In this document: positions 37,115 to 47,984 of the stretch, in pieces
How positions within the stretch are numbered: the first letter of the stretch is position 1
How the letters are laid out: the number at the start of each line of letters is the position of its first letter
NCBI RefSeq assembly: GCF_020745735.1
Contig: NC_083409.1
Location: 16,540,789-16,604,788 of the forward strand
Source of the DNA: Hemiscyllium ocellatum
Lineage: Eukaryota
Direction: 5' to 3'
Length of the DNA: 64,000 nt
The notes under the pieces: generated by a model
What the model was told of the DNA's origin: nothing
Seen by the model: the letters and a program-made list of their open reading frames with translations, nothing else
The model's database searches: none
Made by a program: the position numbers and the translations under genes

Positions 37115-38760
37115 AGTACTGGACAGTCCAGTGGGAAGGAGGCCCATGTTTACTGGTCTCTCCTGAAGCATCCAGTGAGAAGGAGGTCCATGTTTATTGG
37201 TGTCTGTTGGAGGTTCCAGTGGGACGGAGGTCCATGTTTACTGGTTCTATGGGAAGGTGGCTCATGTATACATCATCATAGAGTCATAGAGGTTTACAGC
37301 ATGGCATCAGGCCCTTCAGCCCAACTCATCCATGCTTACCAAGTTTCCAAAACTGAACAAATCCCATTTGCCTGTGTTTGGCCCAAATCTCTCTGAATCC
37401 TTCCTATCCATGTTGCTGTAAAAATCTCCTTGAAATGTAGTAACTGTACTCCCCTCTACCACTTCCTCTGGCAGCTCATTACACATACACACCAACCTCT
37501 GTGTGAAAAGGTTGTCTCTCAGTTTCCTTTTAATCCTTTCCCCCCTCAACTTAAACCTATTCCTTCTAGTACTGGATTCTCCTACCCTGGGGAAAAGACT
37601 TTGGCTATTTACCTTATCTATGACCCTCATGATTCTATAAACCTATATAAGGTCACCCCTCAATCTCCTGCATTCCCTGGAAAAAACATCTTGGCATATC
37701 CATCCTCGCCTTATAATTCAAACCCTCCAATCTTGGTAACATCCCTGTTAATCTTTCTTTTATTCAAACCAGCGTAATGACTTCCTTCCTATAGCAGGGT
37801 GAGCATAAATGTACACAGTGACCAAATGTGGCCTTACCGATGCCTTGTACAGCTGTAACATGATGTCCCAGCTCCTGTACTCTCTGCTTTGACCAGTGAA
37901 GGTGCACGTGCCAAATACCTTCTTCACCACCCTGTCTACCTGTGACACCATTTTCCAGGAACTATGTACCTGTACCCCTCGGTCTCTCTGTTCAACAACA
38001 CTCCCCATGGCTCTACCATTAATTGTGTAATTCCTGCCCTGGTTTGCCTTACCAAAATGTAACTCCTTCCATTCATCAGAATTTCCATCTGGATTTGTTG
38101 ACCCACTGGCCCAGTTGATGAAGATGACATTGCACTCTTCGATAACCTTCTTCCCTGTCCACGATGCCAACAATTTTAATGTCAGCCACAAACTTCCTGA
38201 CCATTCCTGCTATTTTCTCTCCAAATTGTTCATATAAATGACGAACAACAGTGGATCCAGGATCGATTCTTGTGGCAGATGGCTGGTCACTGGCCTCCAG
38301 TCTGAAGAACAACCCTCTCTCACCAGCCTCTGCCTCCTATCATCAGGCCAATTTTATATCTAATTGGCTCACTCTCCTTGGATCCTATGTGATATAATCT
38401 TACTGAGCAATCTACCATGAGGAACCTTGTCTAAGGCCTTGCTAAAGTCCAAGTAGACAGAGTGTACTGCTCTACCTTTATCAAGGTTTGTGATTACTTC
38501 TTCAAAAACTCAAGTCATCTACTTGTCTGAATCGGAAAGTCCAATGAATAGGAGGCCCATGTTTACTGATCTCTCTTGGAGGATCAAATCAGAAGTAGGC
38601 CAATGTTTACTGGTCTCTGTTGGAGATTCCAGCAGGAAGGAGCTCATGTTTACTGGTCTCTTCTGGGAACTTCAGTGGGAAGGAGGCCCATGTCTCTCTA
38701 TCGATCAGCCTTGTGAACTAAATTCCATGTTTAGTGGACTCTGTTGGAGAGTCCAGTACG
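37115..38760 (-). repeat. 44-bp tandem array, arm-B copy, split by a CR1 insertion (37272-38510)
   Basis: CATGTTTACTGG-like motif at 37145, 37189, 37233 and at 38558, 38602, 38645, 38689. Confidence 0.8.
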
Positions 38761-40715
38761 TCATGAACACATGGTGGGTATGTGTTCAGTTCCTTTCTGT
38801 TGTAACAGTGTGATGCTCCAGCCCTCATCCCAGTCAAACAGCCTGATTCAGAGACTGATCATGGAAGGGGAAGGAAAGGGAAAAGGATTGGAACATGTTG
38901 TGGATGGACAGGATGGGTCACTGGGTCAGAAATTGTCCTGTCCCTCCAGCTCACACTGATGGCCTGAGGATCTCCTCTCTCTGCTGGGCCTTCGTGGAAT
39001 GAGGTTTGTGTCCAAACCAGTCCCCAGTGAGAATAGGGCAACAGAACAGAACTCCCCTTCATTTGACAAGAATCTGTCCATCGTCCTGAATGAGGTCAAA
39101 CCCTGGTCAATGTGAGAAATGGGGAGTTACTCCAGGAAAAGACATGCTTTTGGGTCAAGGGTTAACATCCATTAGTGGGGCAGAGCAGAGGGAGATTTAT
39201 CCTGAATTCAACTTTCACCACCTTGGACACTGTGAGAAAGATAGAGAAACAAGACAAAGAGAGAGGTAGATGCAAATTGTGTGTGTGATCGAGCGATAGA
39301 GGGAGGGGCATCTGAGACAGTGTGTGATATGTGAAGGGGCCAAGAGAGAGGTAGAGGGAGGTAGACGTGGTGTGATTGAGGGATAGAGAGAGAGAGAAAC
39401 AAGATGTGACTGATCGGGATGGATAGAGAAAAAGAGATAGGATGGGTGTGATACCAAGAGTGAAGGGAATCAAGAGAGAGTGGGTAGGGTTGAGTGTGAG
39501 AGAGAGAGACATGAGTATGGTAAGAGACAGAATGACAGAGATGGAGAGAGAGAGACTGTAGATTGGGGTGCAGAGAGGGAAGGAGAGACAGAGAGAGGAA
39601 TAGAGAGGGGCAATTAACATTTGGAGGTTTTCAATTGAAGCGAGCAATGGAGCGAGTGATGGTGAGAGAGAAAGATGCAGAAATAGAGATTATGAGACGG
39701 AGTGAGGAAGTGTAAGTTGGAGAGAGTGGCTTTGAGACAGAGTGAGAGAGAAAGAGAGAGAGAGACAGAGACAGAGGGACAAGTCCTGGTCACCACATTC
39801 TTGGAAGGATGTGATTGTACTTGAGGGGGTGCAGAGATTTACCAGGATGCTGCCTGGGATGGAGGGTCAGCTGTGGGGAAAGATTGGAATGGTTGGGGTT
39901 TTTTTCCATGCAGCAGTGAAGGCTGAGAGGGGACCTGATAGAGGGGGATAAGATTATTCAGGGCAGTGATAGGATGAGTAGGAAGGCACTTTTTACAAGA
40001 GTCAAGGACTCAATAACCAGGGACAGAGATTGAAGGAAAAATAGACATGGACACAAAGAAAGTGCTGCAGGAGTAGGCCATTCGGCCCTTTGAGACTGTT
40101 CTGTCATTCAGTATGATCATGGCTGATCCTCTCTCTTGAAGTCACCTTCCTACTTTCTCCCCATTCCCTTCATGCTGTTAAAATGCAAAACAAATATATC
40201 TCTCTCTTTCTCTAAAATATATTCAGTTCCTTGTCCTCCATAGCCTTCAGTGGAAGATAATTCCACAGATCGACCATCCTCTGAGTGAAGAAATGTTTCC
40301 TCATCTCAGTCTGAAATGGTCTTCCCCATATCCCCCTGAGACTGTCTCCCCGGTTCCAGACTCCCCAACCAGGGGAAACCTCCTCCCTGCCCAGCCCTGT
40401 TAGAATATTATACATTTCAATCAGATCCCCTCTTATCCTTCTGAGTCCAGGCCCAATCGAGTTGGAGATTGAGAGAAGGGTTAGGGAGAAATGTTTTCAC
40501 CCAGAGGGTGGTGGGAGTCTGGAACTCACTGCCTGAAAGGCTGGTTGAGTCACAAACTCTCATGACATTGGAGCAGTATTTAGATATTCCCTTGTGTTGC
40601 TGTAGCCTCCAGGGTAATGGGCCAAGAGCTGGAGGATCATCAGATCTTTGTTTACCAGCACAGACACAATGGGCCAAATGGCCTCATTCAGTGCTGTCCA
40701 CATCAATGATTCTCT

Positions 40716-40749
<34 letters not shown>

Positions 40750-40755
<6 letters not shown>

Positions 40756-40906
40756 GTGTGAGGGGCTGACGTGGCTCTCTCTGCCTGATGCCATTTACAT
40801 ACTGAGGAACACCCAGTCAGACTCTCACAGGCTGCAGCTTTATAAAGCAGAGCCCAGTGAAGGGAGAGTTTATCAGGAACCAGGCACAGGGACAGGAGCA
40901 CACACC
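40750..40906 (+). promoter_or_regulatory. V promoter, cluster B (identical to A over 157 bp)
   Basis: GAGGAAGTG 40750-40758, TGACGTGG 40767-40774, ATTTACAT 40793-40800, TTTATAAA 40839-40846, ATG 40907. Confidence 0.85.
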
Positions 40907-41460
40907 ATGATTTCACACATCCAGCTGATCTGGCCCCTGGCATTCTGTGTCGCAGGTACAAATCTCTCTCCTTCCACCTTGAATCTTTAGCTGCTCTCCA
41001 TTTCACTCCAATTCCACTGACTTGTGATTGAAGGGAAAATGCTGAAACCAGAGGAATGCTCAGTGTCTCCAACAATCTCTCATTTGACAGGCTCTTTCTG
41101 TGAAAGTTCTGACTTCACTGTGTTTCTCTCTGATCCCTCAGGTATCAGTGAGGACATCATCATGACCTAGTCTCCCCCACTGCTGTCAGTGGGACTGGGC
41201 CAGACTGCAACCATCACCTGTAGGGCCATTAGCAGCTACCTTGCTTGGTACCTCTAGCGAGAAGGTCAGAAACCCTCTCTCCTGATCTATGCTGCAGCAA
41301 CTCAACTCACAGGAATCTCCGAGTGATTCACCGGCAGTGGATCAGGGACCAGTTTCACCCTGACAATCAGCAACGTTCAGAATGAGGATGTCGCTGACTA
41401 TTACTGTCAGCAGCATTACAGCTGGCCTTACTTTCGGTAAAGGAACCAAGCTCAGACTGA
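40907..41460 (+). pseudogene. IGKV: Pre-joined (RSS-less) kappa-type L-VJ pseudogene, cluster B
   Basis: Leader 40907-40955 (MISHIQLIWPLAFCVAG), 186-bp intron, V from 41142. Stops: TAG 41168-70, TAG 41255-57, TGA 41324-26. A 9-bp CDR1 gap relative to A. V (..[10 protein letters not shown]) is fused directly to J ([10 protein letters not shown], 41430-41460) out of frame, and the J donor is GG instead of GT (41461-62). Confidence 0.95.
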
Positions 41461-41631
41461 GGAAGTAAACCTCAATCCTCTGTTATTAACCCTTTCAATC
41501 TCTAAACACAATTTATAAAACACAAATACTGAATTGTTGAAGTGTTGCAGTGAAGGAAATGTTTGATTGAGGAACACCGCGTCCCATACGGTGTACATCT
41601 GTATTTCGTTAGTCCTATAACCCCATTAAAC

Positions 41632-41896
41632 AGCAAGATATAAGTCAGTAAGTTTTACTCATCGTGTGGAGGAGCTCTGTCCATTTGCAGCCTGTGGTCC
41701 CATTCCTGCAGCATGGAGTGAATTCAATGAGTAGCCTCCTGCCAGTCTCAGTGTGACGGACACGGGCAGAGTTTATGTGAGTTCTGGCTCCCTGTCCCAG
41801 TCTCTGATCTCACTGACCTCAGCAGCAGCAGCAGCAGCAGCAGCACAGTGAGACACCGAGCTCCCACCTCCCCCAGCTTTAACTCTGCTCAATCAC
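41632..41896 (+). promoter_or_regulatory. Conserved post-J intronic block, copy B
   Basis: CATTTG/ATTTGCAG 41682-41690, Runx TGTGGT 41693-41698, ETS-like CATTCCTG 41701-41708, (CAG)8 41820-41843, CACAGTG 41844-41850. Confidence 0.6.
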
Positions 41897-44800
41897 ATAA
41901 TCACAGAATTGTCACATTGCACAAGGAGGCCATTCTGCCCATCCTGTCTGGACTGGCTCTCCGAATGAGCAATTCACTGAGTGTCATTCTCCTGCCTTCT
42001 CCCTGTCACCCTGAACATTGTTGCTTTTCAAATATCAGTCTCATTCCCTTCGGAATGTTTTAATTGAAGCTGCCTCCACCACACTCTCAGGCAGTGCATT
42101 CCACACCTTAACCACCCACTGGCCAAAATGTTGTTCCCCATCTCACTTTTGTGACTTTTCCCAATTGCCTTCAATCTGTGGTCTCTCGGTCTCAATCCTT
42201 TCTCTTGGGAACATTTTCTCCCTATTTACTGTATCCAGGCCCCTCCTGATTTTAATTCCTCCAACAAATCTCCTCTCAGCCTTCTCCAAAGAAGTCAGTC
42301 CCAAATTGTCCAAACTATCTTAATAACTGATGTTCCTCATCCCTGGAATGATCTTTGGGAATATTTTTGCCATTTCTACAAAATTTCACCTGCTTCCTGA
42401 ATGATTTACATTATCTATGTCCCTCATGATTTTATAAACCTCTATAAGGTCACTCCTCAGACTCTTACACTAGAGGGAAAAAAGTCTCAGCTTTTCCAGT
42501 CCCTCATAGTCATGGAGTCATACAGTGTGGAAACAGACATTTCAGTCCAACTTGCCTGTGTTAACCAGATATCCTAAATGACCTCATCCCATTTGCCAGC
42601 ATTTGGCTTACATCCCTCTAAACCCTTCCTATCCATGTTCCCATCCCAATGTGTTTTAAATGTTGTAATTTTATCCGCCTCCAACGCTTTCTCTAGCAGC
42701 TCGATCCAGACACACACCACCCTCTGTGTGACAGGTTACCACTCAGGTCCCTTTTGAATCTTTTGCCTCTCACCTTAAACCTATGCCCTCTTGTTTTGGA
42801 CTCCCGTTCCCAAGGAAAAGACCTTGGATATACACCTTGTCCATGCCCTTCATGATTTTCTGCACATCCATAAGGTCACCTCGAGGCCTTAGATGCTGCA
42901 GGGAAAATAGGCCCATTTCTTCAGCCTCTCCCGACAGCGGAAACTCTCCAATTCCTGGCCACATCCTTGTAAATCTTTTCCGCTGCCTTTTAAGTTTAAC
43001 AACATCCTTCCTATCTCAGGATGATCAGAATTGTTCACATTATTCCCAAAGTGGCCTCACCAACTGCTGTACCACTGCAACATCATGTCCCAACTCCTTT
43101 ACTCAATGCAGTGACCAATAAAAGTAAGCATACCCAACACCTTCTTCATCTCCCTGTCTACCTGTGACTCCACTGTCAAGGAATAATGCACCTGCACCTG
43201 CACCTTCACCACTCAGTCTCTTTGTTCAGCAACACTCCGCAGGGCCCTACCATTAACCGTAAAAGTCCTGCCTTGGTTTGGCTTTGAAAAGTACAGCACT
43301 CACATTTATCTGAATTAAACTCCATCTGCCATTCCTCAGCCCACTGGCCCAGTTGGTCAAGATCCCATTGTACTCTTAGACAGCCTTCTTCACTGGCCAC
43401 GATGCCACCTGAAAATTCACCTGAACAGACTCTCACAACTCTGGCCCCTCCCTGCCTGTTACACTGCTACTACCCCAGTCTATATTCAAAAATTAAAGAA
43501 CCATTTATAATGACTCTATCATGTTTGCAGATATCTGTAAATTCCTTGCATTTGTATTCCTCTGCATCTTTCCCATTGGGTGGTGACTTGTTGACTGTTC
43601 TGAGGATTCTGTGGTCCTTGGTGTTCCTCTCTGTTATTCCCTCCTGGCTCCCACAGCCCTGCCAAGTTAGTTTAAACCCTCACCAACTGCACTAGTAAAT
43701 CACCCCAAAGGAACTCAGTCCCAGCTCGGTTCAGGAACAACGCTGCCTGGTCTGTCCAGGTCCCATCTCCCCCAGACCCAGTCTCAAGGTCCCAAGAATC
43801 TAAAGTCCTCCAACTTGGATCGTCTTTCCAGCTTCACATTCACCTGTGTTATCCTCCTGTTCCTATTCTCACTTGGGTGGGGCACTGGGAGAAATCCGGA
43901 GATTCTAACTTTTGAGATCCCAGTGCTAATTCCCTCCAGAGCCCCCTAAATTCTGACTGCAGGACCACATCCCTTTTCTCCCTCTGTCACAGGGACCATT
44001 GTGGACCACGACTGCTGCCTCTTCCCCCTCTCCCCTCAGGGTGGTTTGCAGCCGCTCAGAGACATCCTTGACCCTGGCACCAGGGAGACAACACACCATC
44101 CTGGATTCCCATCTGCAACTGCAGAAACACCTATCGATTGCCCTCACTCTCGAATCTCCTCTCGCTCTCCCTCTTCCTTGTACCCCCTGTACAGCTGAGC
44201 CCCCCGTGGTGCCATGGGCTTGGCTCTGGCTGCTCTCCCCAGATGAACCATCATTCTCATCAGGATTCTGAACTGAATCCTGGTTGGAGAGTGCAATGCA
44301 CTCAGGGGATTCCACTACTAGCTGCCTGGTCCTTTTAGACTGTCTGCTGCTCCCCCATTCCCTCTCTCCCTGCATTCGCTGAAGCTGCAGAGTGACCACA
44401 TCTAGAAACGTGCTCTCCACAGAGCTCTCAGCCTCACGGACGCTCCGAACTGACACCAGCTGCTGCTCAAGCTCCGAAACCCGGAGTTCCAACTGCTGTC
44501 ACTGACCACACTTTCTGTTCTCATGGTATTCCAGGAGCTAGGAAGCATTCTGAAGTTCCCACCTAAATGCACACTCTCTTCACCCTTTGGTTGTCTCTTG
44601 GCAAAGTTCTGATGACAAACAGCTCCAGCAGGGCTCACAGTCCAGTGGGTTAAGTGTTCCAGGGTTTTGGGGAAACTCTCCAGAAGACTTTAAGAAATAG
44701 GAGCAGAAATCAGCCATTCAGCCCGTTGAATCTGCTCTGCCAGTTGATCTTGGCAGATATGCTTCTCACCCCCATTCTCTGCTTGATCCACAGGAACGTT

Positions 44801-47800
44801 CGATCCCCTTAACTATCACAAACTATCTACCTCTGTCTTAAATACACTCAGTGACTTGGCCTCCACTGCCCTCTGTAGCAATACATTCCACAGATTCACC
44901 ACCCTCTGGCTGAAGAAATTCCTCCTCATCTCAGCTCGAAAGGGCCAGCCCTTCATACTGAGGCTGTGCCTTGGTTACCGACTCTCTCCTGTTTTTGGAA
45001 ACATCTTTTTCACATCCACTCTATCCAGGTTGATCAGTATTCAGTAAATTTCAAAAAGATCCCTCCTCATCTTTCTAAAGTCCATTGAGTACAGACCCAG
45101 AGTCCTCAAGCACATCTGATACGATAAGTCCTTCATCACCAAGATCATTGTTGTAAACCCCTCCAATGCCAGCACATTGTTTCTTAGAATATGGGTCCGA
45201 AATCTGCTCACAATATTCCAAATGCAGTCTGACCAGAGCCTTACACTGCCTCAGCAGTACATCTCTGCTCTTGTATTCTGGCCCTATTGAAATGAATGCT
45301 ATCATTTCATTTGCCTTCCCAAGCACAAACTGGACCTGCCTGTTAACCTGAAGGGAAACCTGAATGAGGTTCGTGCTTTAGATTTCCAAAAGATTTTCTT
45401 ATTTAGAAAATAGTCTTTGCATCTCTTCTTCCTCCCAAAGTGCACACCTTCACACTGTAACACATTGTATTCTATCTGCCACTTCTTTGTCCACTCTCCC
45501 AGCCTATCCAGGAGCTTTTACATTCTTCCCACTTCCTCAACACTACCTGTCCCTCCACCTATCTCATGTCATCTGCAAACTTAGCAACAATGTCTTCACT
45601 TCCTCCATCCAGATTGTTAATGTATAACGTGAATAGTTAAGGTCCCAACATTGACCCCTACATGACTCTACCAGTCACCAACGGCCATTTTTCCTCACTC
45701 TCTGCTTTATGCCAACCTGCCAGTCCTTAGTCCATGCCAGTGCCTCGGCCCTCACACTGTATGCTCTTATCTAATGTCAAAGGCCTTCTAGAAATCCAAA
45801 TAGATTACTTCCTTTGACTCTCCTTTGTCTGACTGGCTCATTGCCTCCTCAAAGAATTCTAACAGATTTGCCAGGCATGACCTCCCCTTGATGAAGCCGT
45901 GTTGACTCAGCCCTAGTTTACAATTGCACCTCCAAATCCTCTGCAATTTCATCCTTAAATTGAAGTCTAAAACCTTACCAACAACTGAGTCCAGGCTAAC
46001 TGGCCTATAATTTCCCATCTTCTCCCTCCTCCCTCCCTTCTTAAACAGGGCTGTTATGTGAGCCACTTTCCAGTCCCTTGCCCCCATCAGATCCCTGCCC
46101 ACCACACTGTCATACCCTGACTCCATCGATTCCTGAAAGATCATCTCCAATACCTCCATAATTTACTCAGTGATCTCCTTCAGAACACACTCATGTAGTT
46201 CATCTAGTCTGGGTGAGTTATCCACATTCAACCTTTCAGCTTCGATTCAATTCCTCTGCTATTTCTTCACTTCCTATAATACTTTCTCCAGCCTCATTTT
46301 CCAATGTCTATTTTTGCCTTCCTCTTCCTTTTTATACATCTGATAAAACTCGTGCAATCTTCTTTTGTATTACCGGCTAACTTACCCCCACATTTCCCCT
46401 TCTCCACCTTTAATGCTTTTTTATTTATCCTCTCCAGGTTTTTAAAGGCTTCCTAACCCTCTGGCTTCCCACTTTTCTCTACCACATTGTGCATTTTTTT
46501 CTTTTGCTTTTATGCTGTCCGTGACTTCCCTCACCAGCCATGGTTGCCTTGTCCTCCCCTTAGTATGTTTCTTCTTTTTTCGGATGAATTCCTGCTCTGC
46601 TTCCTGAATTATGCCCAGAAACCCTGCTGTTTGCTGCCCCACCATCTTACCTGCTCGGCTCCCCTTCCAACCAACTCTGGTCAACTCCTTCCTCATGTCT
46701 TTGTTGTTCCCTTTACTCAACTGAAATACAGATCCATCTGATTGCAGCTTCTCCCTCTCAAACTACAGGGGGAATTCTATCATATTATGATCATTTTTCC
46801 AGAAGGATACTTTCACCTTCAGCTCATTAATCAAGTTTGCCTCATTCCACATCACTGAATCCAGAACTGCCTGTTCCATAATGGCTCAACCGCAAGCTGC
46901 TCCAAAACCGATCTTGTAGACATCCATGAAATCCTTTTCTTGAGACGTGCTACCCAGTCCACCTATCCATTGAGGTCTGCCCTGACATTTTGTATACGGC
47001 TTTTCTGTCTCCTGATTGATTTCCTTCTCCACACCCTGATTACTGCTTGGAGATCTGGACATAACTTGCATCAGATTCTTTATTTCTTGCGGTTCCTCAA
47101 CTCTACCCACACACATTCTACACCTTTTGACTCTATCTCACTTCTTGCTTTGATTTAATTTAATATCGTACTAACAAGGCAACTCTTCCCCCTCTGTCCA
47201 TCTGCCTGTTCTTTTGATGGGACATATATCCTTTGGTATTTAGTTCCCAGCCCGGATCCCCTTACAGCCATGTCTCTGTGATACCCACAACATCGTACCT
47301 GCCAGTTTCAATCTGCACTACCAGCTCATTGCGTATACTGTGTGCTTTTAAGTCCAACACCTTCAGTCCTGCATTGACTGCCCTCCTTCTCATCATTATC
47401 CTCTTATCTGCTGTGCTTGATGCTCGACTCTTGTTCCTTTCTGTACTCTCTCTCCTGGTATGCCTTCTAGAAACCGAATAGCCTCTCTTGAGCCCTCCTC
47501 CACTTTAACTAGTTTAAATTCCTTGGAAACTCAATTTACCTCGATTTATGGCATCACTTTGTCTGCCTTACTCGGAATGCTTCGTGCATTTAGATACAAA
47601 CCCTTTAAGTTTGTTCTATTGTTCGTTTTCCCTGCACTTTTATGGTTCCTTTAATATTCAAAAATTCTATCCCTTCCTTTTATTTTCTGGTAACAATCAA
47701 TCCCATCACTAACCAGCAATCCTACCTTCTCCTTTACCTTCCATTTTCTCATTTTCCATCCAACTGAACCAAATTCCTTTCTCTTTGGGTTGAGTTCAGG

Positions 47801-47984
47801 ACAATATTTATCCTTGGACCAACATCATCAAAAATGCTCTTTGATCTCATTGCTTCTAGTGGGATCTTGCTGTGTAGAAATTGGCTGTCCCTTTCCTGAC
47901 ATTGCAACCGTGACTTGTTTTAAAACAAAATGTAAATGTCTTTGGGAGAGCCTGAGGTGTTAGGGGCTCGATTGAAATACAATT

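Larger units (their letters stand above)
31940..47527 (+). repeat. Arm B of the inverted segmental duplication
   Basis: Mirror of 1-15920, roughly 88-93% identical in spot-checked TE relics, with arm-specific insertions (e.g. CR1 at 33200-34270 and 37272-38510). Confidence 0.9.

Noticed and set aside
40907-41460. Joined VJ as a processed (retroposed) mRNA
   Set aside because: The leader intron, J-C intron, promoter and kilobases of collinear flank are retained.
3776-44492. Long ORF-track entries (3776-4441, 30165-30695, 43926-44492, 20973-21524, 9331-9684, 10297-10647, 39162-39647) as host genes
   Set aside because: They are CR1 ORF1/ORF2 fragments, the antisense of the gypsy relic, or stop-poor CT/GA low-complexity tracts; they have no exon structure.
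1-47527. Higher divergence upstream than downstream of the genes (mosaic duplication)
   Set aside because: Spot counts gave similar values (about 88-93%) on both sides.
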